19,052 nt of DNA from Gemmatimonadota bacterium (GCA_038128265.1 JAYPJE010000058.1:1-19052), one strand, 5' to 3'. Shown: positions 9,696-18,632, numbered from the stretch's first letter. The notes: a model not told the origin generated them from the letters alone. Numbers and translations: made by a program.

Positions 9696-9919
9696 AAAGT
9701 GCAGACCTGTCACGAACCTCTGGGTTAATGGGCTGTTTATCGCAGGGCTGGCTGGCGATCATGCGCCTCGTATAAGCGAGCAAGCGGCACGTCGTTTATC
9801 TGGGTACGGCGTTTTGGACGATGAGATTTTACATCTGAACGATGAAAAGCTTCGCTATTATAGGGTAGAACAGGCGCAGTTCAAACCGTTGGGGAAAGTT
9901 TATCTTGGAAAATTATGTT

Positions 9920-10948
9920 ATGCACGTGTCGCAATTGGTGCGGATTTCTCGTTTTGGTTATTGGCTGTTACTTGTCCTTTATCAATTGGGTGCGATCAAT
10001 TCTGCAGGGGCAGATAGTGAAACGCATGCCGTACATGGCACGTGGGTGCTGAACACGCAGTCGTATGTGGGTTTGGAACAGGCATATGTTTTGACCCTTC
10101 AGCCCAGTGGGGAATTTCACTTGGTGATCAAAGAAACCCGTCCTCTCGCTGCGGATTCACTGCTCTACGATAGAGGCGATCAAGAGATGGAAGGGTGGGC
10201 GAGTTGGGATGATTTTATAGCGGAAGTTGACACAAATGAAAACGGAGTCGCCGACGAGGAGGATTATGAGGCAAGTCGGGATCCAGAAGACGACGATTCT
10301 TGGGATGACGTGTTGCAAGAGTTTGGCGATGCGAACGGCGATAGGGTTATCGACCAAGAGGAATACGAGAGCGTAATGGGCCGCTATGAGGCCGCGATGG
10401 ACTTGGAGGCCGAATACGAGCGGTGGATGATGGACGTTTTCGGTGATACCATGGTCACAACGACGGCGATCAGGGGCACGTGGGAAGCGTCGGAGTCCGA
10501 CATTACCCTCACGCGCGGCGCAGTGGAATACGCGTTCAACGAGCTAACGCTTGAGGAATACTTCGCGTATATGGTCGATTTCAGCTACAAGATAATGGTA
10601 CTGCAGGCAGAGCTAGTTGACCAAGAAGCCGTGTCAGAAGAAGCATTTTACCAAATGCTCCTAGCCGACTCGATGGACAGCGAGGGCAATCCGATTGAGG
10701 TACCAGAGGCTGCTTCTGCAGATCAGCTGCGCGAAGCCGCAGTCAACAACATGGTGCAGCTCTTTGTTCTCTTAGCAGACAAACCCGCGGAGTTTGGTAT
10801 GGAAACGGAGGCGTTTGTTCTTTCTATAAGCGACGACGGAACGACCTTGACGCATAGAGACCGCCAAACGCTCGTATTTACTCGGTTGGACGTCAACAGC
10901 GCAGTCGAGGCCGCCTCTTGGGGCCGTATCAAAGCGTCGTACAGATAG
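9920..10948 (+). CDS. Hypothetical secreted acidic protein: lipocalin-like strands, EF-hand pair, C-terminal SWGxIK tail
   Basis: Signal peptide ending in ..INSAGA. VHGTWVL, IRGTWE and TLVFTRL strands. EF-hand loops DTNENGVADEED and DANGDRVIDQEE. Ends SAVEAASWGRIKASYR. ATG at 9920 (TTG at 9905 is the alternative). Confidence 0.75.
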   Translation: MHVSQLVRISRFGYWLLLVLYQLGAINSAGADSETHAVHGTWVLNTQSYVGLEQAYVLTLQPSGEFHLVIKETRPLAADSLLYDRGDQEMEGWASWDDFIAEVDTNENGVADEEDYEASRDPEDDDSWDDVLQEFGDANGDRVIDQEEYESVMGRYEAAMDLEAEYERWMMDVFGDTMVTTTAIRGTWEASESDITLTRGAVEYAFNELTLEEYFAYMVDFSYKIMVLQAELVDQEAVSEEAFYQMLLADSMDSEGNPIEVPEAASADQLREAAVNNMVQLFVLLADKPAEFGMETEAFVLSISDDGTTLTHRDRQTLVFTRLDVNSAVEAASWGRIKASYR

Positions 10949-10951
10949 CGT

Positions 10952-12052
10952 TCAGTCGCCGATACTATCTGCCCTATGTGCCGCTAGCAGCGCTGGGTTT
11001 AGCGCGATGCCCAGACCGGGGCGCTCTGGCAGCGCGTAGTGTGAATTGGCGATGCGCTCTGCAGGCACCGCTAGCTCGGCGCGCCAATCGTTGAGTCCCC
11101 ACGGATATTCCATTACCAAAAAACCTGGATGGGCCGCCATTACCTGCGCTGACGCGGCTAGCGTCACCGGGCCAAATGGCCCGTGCGGGGCGACCTGCAC
11201 GCCGCGACAGGCGGCCATGGACGCCACCGCGTTTAGGGCACCGATACCGCCGACAATGCCGACATCGGGCATGGCGATGTGGAAAATTTGTCGTTCCAGT
11301 GCCGGCCAAAATCCCTGGCCAAACTCGTAGCGTTCGCCGCCGGCCAACGGCACCGGGCAGGCGGCTTTAACCTGTAGGTAACCGGTAAAATCGTCGTCGG
11401 CTACCGGCTCTTCAAACCAGTAGAGTCCCACGTCTTCCAGCTCCCGTATTAAGGCCAAGGCTGCATCGGCCGTAAACAGTCCGTAGCAGTCTAACATGAT
11501 ACCTATATCTGGCCCCAGTGCCTGGCGCACGGCACGCACGCATTCAATACCTTCTGCCAGGTGATCGATTTGCTCAATGGGGTAGGTGCCGCCAAACGGA
11601 GCCAATTTGACGGCGGTAAAGCCGTCTGCTGCCGCGCCGCGGGCGCTGCGGGCAAATGCCTCAGGCGTCAGCTGCGGTGTAGCTCGCGTGATATTGGCGT
11701 ATAGCCGAATCGAATCGCGACAGGCTCCGCCCAGCAGCGCGTGTAGTGGCGCCTGCAGTGCTTGCCCCAGAACGTCCCATAGACACTGCTCTACCGCGCT
11801 CAGCGCTCGCACTCCGGCCAGGTCCAACGACCCGGTATTTAGCTGTTCAACGAGTGCCGCAATGCGCCGCGGGTCGCGGCCCTGTAGCCATTGGCCCATC
11901 TGCCTAAGCGCAGCCAGACAGGCTTGTCGCGGGGCCGACGGATTTAATTCGCCCAATCCCGTTAGACCGCAATCGGTGTGCAGCAGCACAAAAACCCAAG
12001 TTTCTCGCGCATTCACCTGCACGGTTTCTAAATCTACGCTAGTGATCTTCAT
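10952..12052 (-). CDS. Mandelate racemase/muconate lactonizing enzyme family protein (DgoD-like sugar-acid dehydratase)
   Basis: WVFVLLHTDCGLTGLGE, SAVEQCLWDVLG, LLGGACRDSIRLYAN, GFTAVK, metal ligands in LDC / WFEEP / AGGER, MPD, APHGP, MEY, PERPGLGI. Confidence 0.9.
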   Translation of the reverse strand: MKITSVDLETVQVNARETWVFVLLHTDCGLTGLGELNPSAPRQACLAALRQMGQWLQGRDPRRIAALVEQLNTGSLDLAGVRALSAVEQCLWDVLGQALQAPLHALLGGACRDSIRLYANITRATPQLTPEAFARSARGAAADGFTAVKLAPFGGTYPIEQIDHLAEGIECVRAVRQALGPDIGIMLDCYGLFTADAALALIRELEDVGLYWFEEPVADDDFTGYLQVKAACPVPLAGGERYEFGQGFWPALERQIFHIAMPDVGIVGGIGALNAVASMAACRGVQVAPHGPFGPVTLAASAQVMAAHPGFLVMEYPWGLNDWRAELAVPAERIANSHYALPERPGLGIALNPALLAAHRADSIGD

Positions 12053-12247
12053 CGTGAATAGGCCTTTATCGTTGATGTTGCTCGCACTCTCCGGCCGTAG
12101 CCCGCTTTTCCTTGTTCATGGTTGGACCTTTGCGTATTCTTCTGACCTACTGTGCCAAAACTTCGCCACTGGCTTGCAAAGGGGCAAAGGGTTAACCGGC
12201 GCGCAGGCCGTTGCACGTGCTCGACCGCTTTGGCCCCGTAAAAGAAT

Positions 12248-12970
12248 ATGGAAAAACGCACCGTCTTACTCACCGGCGCCGCTGGCCGGGTCGGCACCCT
12301 GCTGCGCCAGCACTGGGGGGATCGCTATCGCCTCCGCCTAGCCGATGTTCGTCCGATTGCCGACCTGAAGGACCACGAAGAATTCCACGCGTTTGATATG
12401 ACTAGTCCAGAAACCTGCGAGCGAGTCTGTCGGGACGTCCACACCGTGGTGCATTTGGCCGCAGATGCTGGCAGCGAGGATTTTGCCGGCTCCCTGCTGC
12501 CGCGCAACATTGTCGGTCCGTATAACGTCTTCAGCGCAGCGGCACGAGCAAACTGTCGCCGTTTGATTTTTACCAGCAGCATTTATGCGGTGCGCGGTCA
12601 CGGTCCCAACCCACCGGTAGAGCCGGGTGGTCCCGTTTTTCCCCAGGGGTTATACGGTGCGACCAAGTGCTGGGGCGAGGCGCTCGCGCGCGTGGTTGCC
12701 AGCCAGCACCGGCTGTCCACTATAGTGCTGCGCCTGGGTAACCCCACCTTTGATCAGGCCGGAGACTGGGACCCAGACGAACCATCGTACATGATTTCCC
12801 CGCGCGACACGGCTGCGCTATTTGCCCACTGTATCGACGTGGAGGACGTCGAATTTGCAGTCGTGCACGGGTCTTCGCAGCATCGCCGCTTGTGGCTGGG
12901 CTTGGATGCAACGCGACGCCTGTTGGGCTACGAACCTCAGGATGGCACCGCCCTCCCCCGTACTTCTTGA
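12248..12970 (+). CDS. NAD-dependent epimerase/dehydratase family SDR, uronate dehydrogenase-like
   Basis: LLTGAAGRVG Rossmann motif, VVHLAA, NIVGPYNVFSAA, YGATK catalytic YxxxK, LRLG, ISPRD, LGYEPQD. Confidence 0.85.
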   Translation: MEKRTVLLTGAAGRVGTLLRQHWGDRYRLRLADVRPIADLKDHEEFHAFDMTSPETCERVCRDVHTVVHLAADAGSEDFAGSLLPRNIVGPYNVFSAAARANCRRLIFTSSIYAVRGHGPNPPVEPGGPVFPQGLYGATKCWGEALARVVASQHRLSTIVLRLGNPTFDQAGDWDPDEPSYMISPRDTAALFAHCIDVEDVEFAVVHGSSQHRRLWLGLDATRRLLGYEPQDGTALPRTS

Positions 12971-13082
12971 CGGCGTTCAAAATCGTCTAATCTGAGGGTT
13001 ATTGTAACGCTCAGAGCTGCAGCAAAACGCTTGCGTGTGCTGAATACTGCACGAGCGAACACTTACTATAGAGGATGAGCTG

Positions 13083-14045
13083 ATGAGCCTAACTCAAACG
13101 CAACTCGACCAGTTCCACCGCGACGGCTATATCGTCGTTCCCGACGTATTCTCCGATGCCGAAATGGATGCAGCCCAAGAGGCGATGGACAACATATTCT
13201 ACGGCAAGCGCTTTGACGCCTGGCTAGCGGAAGTCGACGGTGGACAGGCGAGTGGGGTGTCTGATGGCTTCACCACCACGCATAACCACCAGGAGGGTCG
13301 TGCGCAGTTTCCCACCGGTGCCCACGCGCTCGACTGTCTTATTGAGAACGAGACGTATCTCGACATCTTCGAGCAGTGCCTCGGAGACCGGCCTGCCTAC
13401 TGCAATGCGCACCTGTTTCTGCGCTCGGGTCCCACCGACAAACGCCATGCCGAACACCCTTGGCAGGGCTACCACATCGACCACTACACCAACTGTTTAT
13501 TGCCGCCGGCCGATCAGGTCGGTCTCTACGACTATATCAACTCCGGCGTATTTCTGCACGACGTGTTGGACGACGGTGCGCCGATGCTGGTGATTCCCGG
13601 CTCGCACCACGTCGCGCAGCAGGTATATCTCGATGCCTTTGCCAGCGGCAATGCCAGCGGCGGGTCGATTGACGATATGCGCAAGGTGAGTGGGTTGGCC
13701 GACCCCGTGCCGCAGGTGGGATCGCGCGGATCGGCCGCCTTTTATTCGTCGTATGCCATTCACGCGGCTCAGCCCTTTCGCAACAAGCGCGTCCAGCGCG
13801 CCTTCTGGACGCTTTCGCTCTGTCGTCGCGACAACGCGGGCTGGACCCGTTTCGCCAATCCTTTTATCTACGGCGAGCGCGAACATATGATGCCCTTTTT
13901 GACGCAGACCACACCGCGCGTGCGTTCGGTCTTTGGCTTTCCCGAACCGGGGCACGCCTACTACACCGAAAAGACGCTCAACTTGCTCGAGTCGACGATT
14001 CCCGGAATGGATGTGACGCCCTACCGCGAGGCGATGCGGAAGTAG
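13083..14045 (+). CDS. Phytanoyl-CoA dioxygenase (PhyH) family Fe(II)/2-oxoglutarate oxygenase
   Basis: LTQTQLDQFHRDGYIVVPDVFS N-terminus, YHID (HxD), VFLHDV..DGAPMLVIPGSH, distal His in AIHAA, then N..R. RBS GAGGA. Confidence 0.88.
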   Translation: MSLTQTQLDQFHRDGYIVVPDVFSDAEMDAAQEAMDNIFYGKRFDAWLAEVDGGQASGVSDGFTTTHNHQEGRAQFPTGAHALDCLIENETYLDIFEQCLGDRPAYCNAHLFLRSGPTDKRHAEHPWQGYHIDHYTNCLLPPADQVGLYDYINSGVFLHDVLDDGAPMLVIPGSHHVAQQVYLDAFASGNASGGSIDDMRKVSGLADPVPQVGSRGSAAFYSSYAIHAAQPFRNKRVQRAFWTLSLCRRDNAGWTRFANPFIYGEREHMMPFLTQTTPRVRSVFGFPEPGHAYYTEKTLNLLESTIPGMDVTPYREAMRK

Positions 14046-14072
14046 CGCCATTCCATGCGTTGAGGGAGCTGT

Positions 14073-15365
14073 TTAATGCGGGTCTACAGCGGGCGGCACG
14101 ATGGCTCCATGCGCTTTGAGCACGGCGCGCAGATCGGCAAGCGGCACGTCGCCCGGCGTGCACTGTTGGTTGGTCGCAAGCGCGGCCAACGCGCCGGCTC
14201 CCTGGCCCGTCGCCATGCTTGTCGCCTGCACGCGTAGCGCAGAGTTGGCGAGTCGATCGCTCGAGATACAGCGGCCTGCCACGATAAAGTGCTGGCTCCC
14301 TTCGGGGATCATAGCACCGCGCGGTATGGTGGGCACCACGCCTTCGGCTAGCATCTCCATATCCAACCCCGAACCAGAGGATACGTGCAGATCAATCGGG
14401 TAAAACGAGTAGCATATCGCGTCGTCCCACAGGCGGCCCGACTGGTAGTCGCGTACGGTGACGGTTGCATTGCCGCAGATGGTAACGGTTTCGCGCACGC
14501 CGCATTCGGGAGCGACGTATTCAATCGTCAAGCCCTCTAAGCCGGGCTGCTTGCGCAGAAAGCGGTATAGCGATAGTAAGCTTTTGCGCGCTTGCAGCTC
14601 CAGCTGCGACTTACCCGTGCTGTTGCGTGCATCGATGTGGTGTATGTGATTGGACTGCACGCCGCGACTGCGCAACCAGCGGTTGAGGTCGGGCCCGGTC
14701 GTATTCCACGAGGCATCCGTATAGGATAGGCGCCCTGCTTTTACTTCCGCATCAAAAGCCCGGTTCAGGCTTTCCATGTCGAGCTGGGCTGGATCGTATC
14801 CCCCAACCCGATAGGTCAGGGTGGCCGGCTGCCGCTCTTCGGGTATGCGCAGGGGAAAGCCGGCCAAGGCGGTCGCGTTGGCATCGCCGCTTGTATCCAC
14901 TACGATGGAACTCCCGCAGCGCACCAACCCTCCTTTTGTGCACAGGGTGACGACCCAGCCCTCGGCATCCACGTGCTGCAGATCGGCTACCATGCTATGG
15001 AACAGCACGTCGACGCCGGCATCGACGGCGGCCTCGTCGCACAGCGCGCTGTAGACGTGGGGGTTTACGCGTATTTGTAGCCGGTGATGCGGCTGTTGAT
15101 AGTGAGAAAAGTCGGGCAGCGTCTCTCCGCACTCGTCTACACAGGAACGGACTAGCTCCCAGCCGATGCCGGCTATGATCTGGCGCCCCCAGGCGTGAAA
15201 AAGACCGGGGAAGTTGACGCCTCCTGCCGTCGTGGTTCCGCCAAGCATAGCCGATTTTTCTACGAGCAGCGTGCGGGCGCCGCTCCGCCCGGCTTGTACG
15301 GCCGCCACGACGCCTGCCGTGCCGCCGCCAATTACCACCACATCATACTGATTGGCAAGGTCCAT
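14073..15365 (-). CDS. FAD-dependent oxidoreductase (FAD_oxidored/PF12831-type)
   Basis: YDVVVIGGGTAGVVAAVQA, LLVEK..LGGTTT, VDTSGDA, GVRET, YPIDLH, TIPRGAMIP, VAGRCISSD..ANSALRVQATSMATGQGAG. RBS AGGAG supports the ATG at 15365. Confidence 0.9.
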   Translation of the reverse strand: MDLANQYDVVVIGGGTAGVVAAVQAGRSGARTLLVEKSAMLGGTTTAGGVNFPGLFHAWGRQIIAGIGWELVRSCVDECGETLPDFSHYQQPHHRLQIRVNPHVYSALCDEAAVDAGVDVLFHSMVADLQHVDAEGWVVTLCTKGGLVRCGSSIVVDTSGDANATALAGFPLRIPEERQPATLTYRVGGYDPAQLDMESLNRAFDAEVKAGRLSYTDASWNTTGPDLNRWLRSRGVQSNHIHHIDARNSTGKSQLELQARKSLLSLYRFLRKQPGLEGLTIEYVAPECGVRETVTICGNATVTVRDYQSGRLWDDAICYSFYPIDLHVSSGSGLDMEMLAEGVVPTIPRGAMIPEGSQHFIVAGRCISSDRLANSALRVQATSMATGQGAGALAALATNQQCTPGDVPLADLRAVLKAHGAIVPPAVDPH

Positions 15366-15484
15366 ATAAGATCTCCTGCGAATGCGTGCTGTTCGCATTG
15401 ATCCACGCGTTCGCTATACATATGACGCATCTGATTTTTTCGCTGCACCGATCTGCCTGCACATCCAGGGGAGCGCAGAAGCGC

Positions 15485-15513
15485 TTGGATGCAGCTTTCA
15501 TACTGCCTATACT
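15485..15513 (+). promoter_or_regulatory. Candidate sigma70 promoter for the symporter
   Basis: TTGGAT (15485-15490), 17-nt spacer, TATACT (15508-15513), about 60 nt upstream of the ATG at 15573. Confidence 0.5.
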
Positions 15514-15572
15514 TTGCATAGGTAACATGCGGCGGATCGTGCCGCGATGCAAAAATAGAGAGAGAGTGAATT

Positions 15573-17276
15573 ATGCTGGGTTTGCACATCGCCGACATTA
15601 TTGTGCTCGTAACGTATTTGGTGGGCATTATCGCCATAGGTATTGGCGCGGCGCGGTTGGTCACCAATATCGGCAACTATTTTATGCCGCGTTCGTTTGG
15701 CAAGGGCATGCTGGTTATGCACGCCTTTGGTACGGGCACCCATTCGGACCAGGCCGTTGGCGTTGCTTCCAAAACCTTCACTAGCGGCCTGTCGGGCATA
15801 TGGTATCAGTGGCTGTGGCTATTTTGCACGCCGTTCTACTGGCTGATTGCGCCGATTATGCGCCGCTTTCGCGCCATCACAGTGGCCGATGTGTTTACCG
15901 TGCGCTATCACCAGAGCGTCGGTATGCTCTTTGCCATAGTGGGGATGTTCAACCTGATGGTCAATATCGGCGTGATGCTCAAAGGCTCGAGTGCGGTTGT
16001 CGCCTCCTGCTTTGGCGATGCGGTATCGCCCAATGCCATCATTGCCGTGATGACGGTTATGTTTCTGATCTATGGGCTGGCTGGCGGTTTGGCAGCGGCG
16101 ATTGTCACAGACTTTATCCAAGGCATTATGACCATTGTCTTTTCGTTTGTCCTACTGCCCTTTGTGCTCTCGGCTGTAGGAGGGCTAGATGGTCTGCGCC
16201 AGACAATCACCGACCCGCAGATGTTTTCGCTGGTGGCGCCGGCGGAGATTGGAGCATTCTATATCGCCGTCATTGCGGTAAACGCCTTGATTGGCATTGT
16301 CACGCAGCCGCACACTATGGGCAATTGTGCGGCCGGGCGGACCGAGTCGGATGGCCGTTTCGGCTTTACCATCGGCAGCTTTATCAAGCGGGTATGCACT
16401 ATGGCCTGGAGTCTGACCGGGCTCGCCGCGGTGGCCTATTTCGCCGGTCGCGAAGTGCATCCGGATCAGGTTTACGGGCTGATGGCGCGCGAGTTTCTGC
16501 CGGCTATTCTGCCGGGTCTGCTCGGCGTCTTTCTCGCTGCCCTGCTGGCATCGGTGATGAGCTCCTGCGATTCGTTTATGATCGCATCGTCGGCGCTCTT
16601 TACGGAAAATGTCTACAAGCAGCTGCGACCCGACCGCTCGGCTAGTCACTATTTGGCGGTGGGAAGGCTCACTTCGCTGGCGGTGGTTGCCGGGGGCGTA
16701 TTCTTCGCGTTTTGGCTTACGGGCGTAGTTGAGGGGTTGGAGATTTTCTGGAAGATTTCGCCGATGATGGGGATCGCCTTTTGGCTTGGCCTCTTCTGGC
16801 GGCGGGCGACGGCGGCCGGTGCTTGGGCGTCGACGATGGCGGCTCTATTTGCCTGGTGGCTGACGACGACATCGGCTTTTATTGGCTGGGCTGGCAGTCT
16901 GCCTATCAACGAATCGCTGCGCCTGGTCATTGAGCGCAGCGGCGGCGCCGAGATCTACCTACCCTGGCAGATGATTTTTTATCTAGTTGTCGGCACGCTG
17001 GTCGGCATCGTGGTCAGCCTGCTGACGCGGCCGGTCGACGAAGCGCAGTTAGACCGCTACTACGCGCTAGTGCGCACGCCGGTAAAAACCGGCGAACCGG
17101 CTCCGGAAGAGCCCTGTATGATTCCGGCTGGAATCGAGGTGCCGCCCAAGCACAACGTCTTTGCCGATAGCAGCATCGAGGTCATGGTGCCGGACAAGAG
17201 CTCGGTATACGGTTTCGTGGCTTCGTGGGCCTTGGTCGGCGCGATGATCTATTTTTTCTTTGCCGTAACGCGCTAG
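15573..17276 (+). CDS. Sodium:solute symporter (SSS) family protein
   Basis: Many hydrophobic helices; YFMPRSFG, YGLAGGLAAAIVTDFIQG, PGLLGVFLAALLASVMSSCDS, LGLFWRRAT motifs. Confidence 0.93.
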   Translation: MLGLHIADIIVLVTYLVGIIAIGIGAARLVTNIGNYFMPRSFGKGMLVMHAFGTGTHSDQAVGVASKTFTSGLSGIWYQWLWLFCTPFYWLIAPIMRRFRAITVADVFTVRYHQSVGMLFAIVGMFNLMVNIGVMLKGSSAVVASCFGDAVSPNAIIAVMTVMFLIYGLAGGLAAAIVTDFIQGIMTIVFSFVLLPFVLSAVGGLDGLRQTITDPQMFSLVAPAEIGAFYIAVIAVNALIGIVTQPHTMGNCAAGRTESDGRFGFTIGSFIKRVCTMAWSLTGLAAVAYFAGREVHPDQVYGLMAREFLPAILPGLLGVFLAALLASVMSSCDSFMIASSALFTENVYKQLRPDRSASHYLAVGRLTSLAVVAGGVFFAFWLTGVVEGLEIFWKISPMMGIAFWLGLFWRRATAAGAWASTMAALFAWWLTTTSAFIGWAGSLPINESLRLVIERSGGAEIYLPWQMIFYLVVGTLVGIVVSLLTRPVDEAQLDRYYALVRTPVKTGEPAPEEPCMIPAGIEVPPKHNVFADSSIEVMVPDKSSVYGFVASWALVGAMIYFFFAVTR

Positions 17277-17294
17277 ATCGACGGATTTAAAAAG

Positions 17295-18422
17295 CTAATG
17301 ATCTTGCGTTCCTACCTGTAGCCACCAGGCTTCACTAGTTGGTGGGCCGGGCACCGTCAGGATCTCGCCAAGCTGCGGCGTCAGCAGGGGTACGCTGTTT
17401 TCGTCGCGCAGCTCGGCCAGCTGTCGTATGGGCTCATCCCAGTCGTGTAGCGCCAGTTCGAACATCCCCCAATGGACCGGGAAGTGGTGCTGGGCGCGAA
17501 GCGCTCGCGCTGCCTGCATAGCCTCTTCGGGAAACATGTGCACTTCTCGCCACCGCTCGTTATACTGACCGCTGTCCAAAAAAGCCACGTCAAACGGCCC
17601 GTAGCGTTCGCCGATGGTTTGAAAATGGGTGTCGTAACCCGAATCGCCGCTAAAGTAGACGGCATGCTGGGCGCTTTGAATCACCCAAGAAGCCCACAGC
17701 GTTTCGTTCGGATGGATTCCATCCCGGCCAGAAAAGTGCTGCGCCGGCGTCGCGATAAACGTTAGGTCGGGAAAGGTGGCTATTTCCCACCAGTCTTTTT
17801 CCGTCGTGCGCTCGGCGGCAATGCCCCAACCGATCAGGTGGTTGGCCACGCCCAGCGGCACCACAAACTGGGTTTCGCTGTCGGTGAAGAATTGGACGGT
17901 TTCCATGTCCAAGTGGTCGTAGTGATCGTGCGAAATCAGCACGTAATCGATGGGGGGCAGTTCGCGTAGGGCAATGGGCGGATCTTGGAATCGGCGCACG
18001 AAAAAGGGCACGGGAGCCGCTGCGCCAGAAAAGACTGGGTCGACGAGGACGATGCTGCCATCCATGTTCAGCAGAAAGCTCGAATGCCCTAGCCAGATGA
18101 CTTTGAGCGTTGCGTCCGTCGCACAAAACGCATTTAGGTCAGGGCGTTGCGAAGGCAAGAGCCCCGGCGGATGCCCCTGTGCCGGCCCGTCCCACCAGGC
18201 CTTTAGCGAATCAAAGCTGTAGATGCGTTTGTTCATGGCTTCCATCGTGCCGGGCAGGCGATTTTCAAACTGCTCCTTATCGACGTCGTAGTTTGCCGAC
18301 GAGGAAAAGCGTTCGATATCTGCGTCGGAAGGACGCGTTCCCAAGGGCGCGCAGCCCAGCAGGATCATGGCCAAACTGCACGCAACCCAATACGCCTGTC
18401 GCATCTGAAAGCTCTGTTGCAC
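17295..18422 (-). CDS. MBL-fold metallo-hydrolase lipoprotein (NAPE-PLD/RomA-like)
   Basis: Lipobox ILLGC; WLGHSS, LVDPVFS, LISHDHYDHLD, TPAQHFSGR, LWASW, YFSGDSGY, PVHWGMF. GTG start with AAGGAG RBS. Confidence 0.9.
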   Translation of the reverse strand: MQQSFQMRQAYWVACSLAMILLGCAPLGTRPSDADIERFSSSANYDVDKEQFENRLPGTMEAMNKRIYSFDSLKAWWDGPAQGHPPGLLPSQRPDLNAFCATDATLKVIWLGHSSFLLNMDGSIVLVDPVFSGAAAPVPFFVRRFQDPPIALRELPPIDYVLISHDHYDHLDMETVQFFTDSETQFVVPLGVANHLIGWGIAAERTTEKDWWEIATFPDLTFIATPAQHFSGRDGIHPNETLWASWVIQSAQHAVYFSGDSGYDTHFQTIGERYGPFDVAFLDSGQYNERWREVHMFPEEAMQAARALRAQHHFPVHWGMFELALHDWDEPIRQLAELRDENSVPLLTPQLGEILTVPGPPTSEAWWLQVGTQDH

Positions 18423-18532
18423 CTATTGCTCCTTTTCGGGGTGTAGACCAGTATGCGCGCTCTGTTTTTGTCTCCCTGGCGTCCCCGCTGGTGCGGTTCG
18501 ATGCATAGGGCGCAACGGCGCGCTTCTCTACC

Positions 18533-18578
18533 AAATAAAAAGAGAAGGCGCCAGTTGTCGATAACCAGCGCCTTCTCT
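18533..18578 (-). terminator. Rho-independent terminator of the His-rich gene
   Basis: Perfect 11-bp inverted repeat AGAGAAGGCGC (18541-18551) / GCGCCTTCTCT (18568-18578), extendable with G-U pairs, followed on the minus strand by TTTTATTT. Confidence 0.85.
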
Positions 18579-18632
18579 ATCTACCGTTCGAGGCCGTTAT
18601 AGCCTCAGAGCGTTACATCATTTGCAGGGTTA

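Noticed and set aside
11586..12341. 251-aa ORF antisense to the dehydratase
   Set aside because: Shadow ORF with no recognisable features.
15800..16645. 281-aa out-of-frame ORF inside the symporter
   Set aside because: Arg/Cys-rich off-frame composition with no motifs.
17295..18422. MBL-fold gene as a beta-lactamase, or as an operon partner of the His-rich gene
   Set aside because: The motifs fit the NAPE-PLD/RomA-like group rather than class B beta-lactamases, and a strong terminator separates the two genes.
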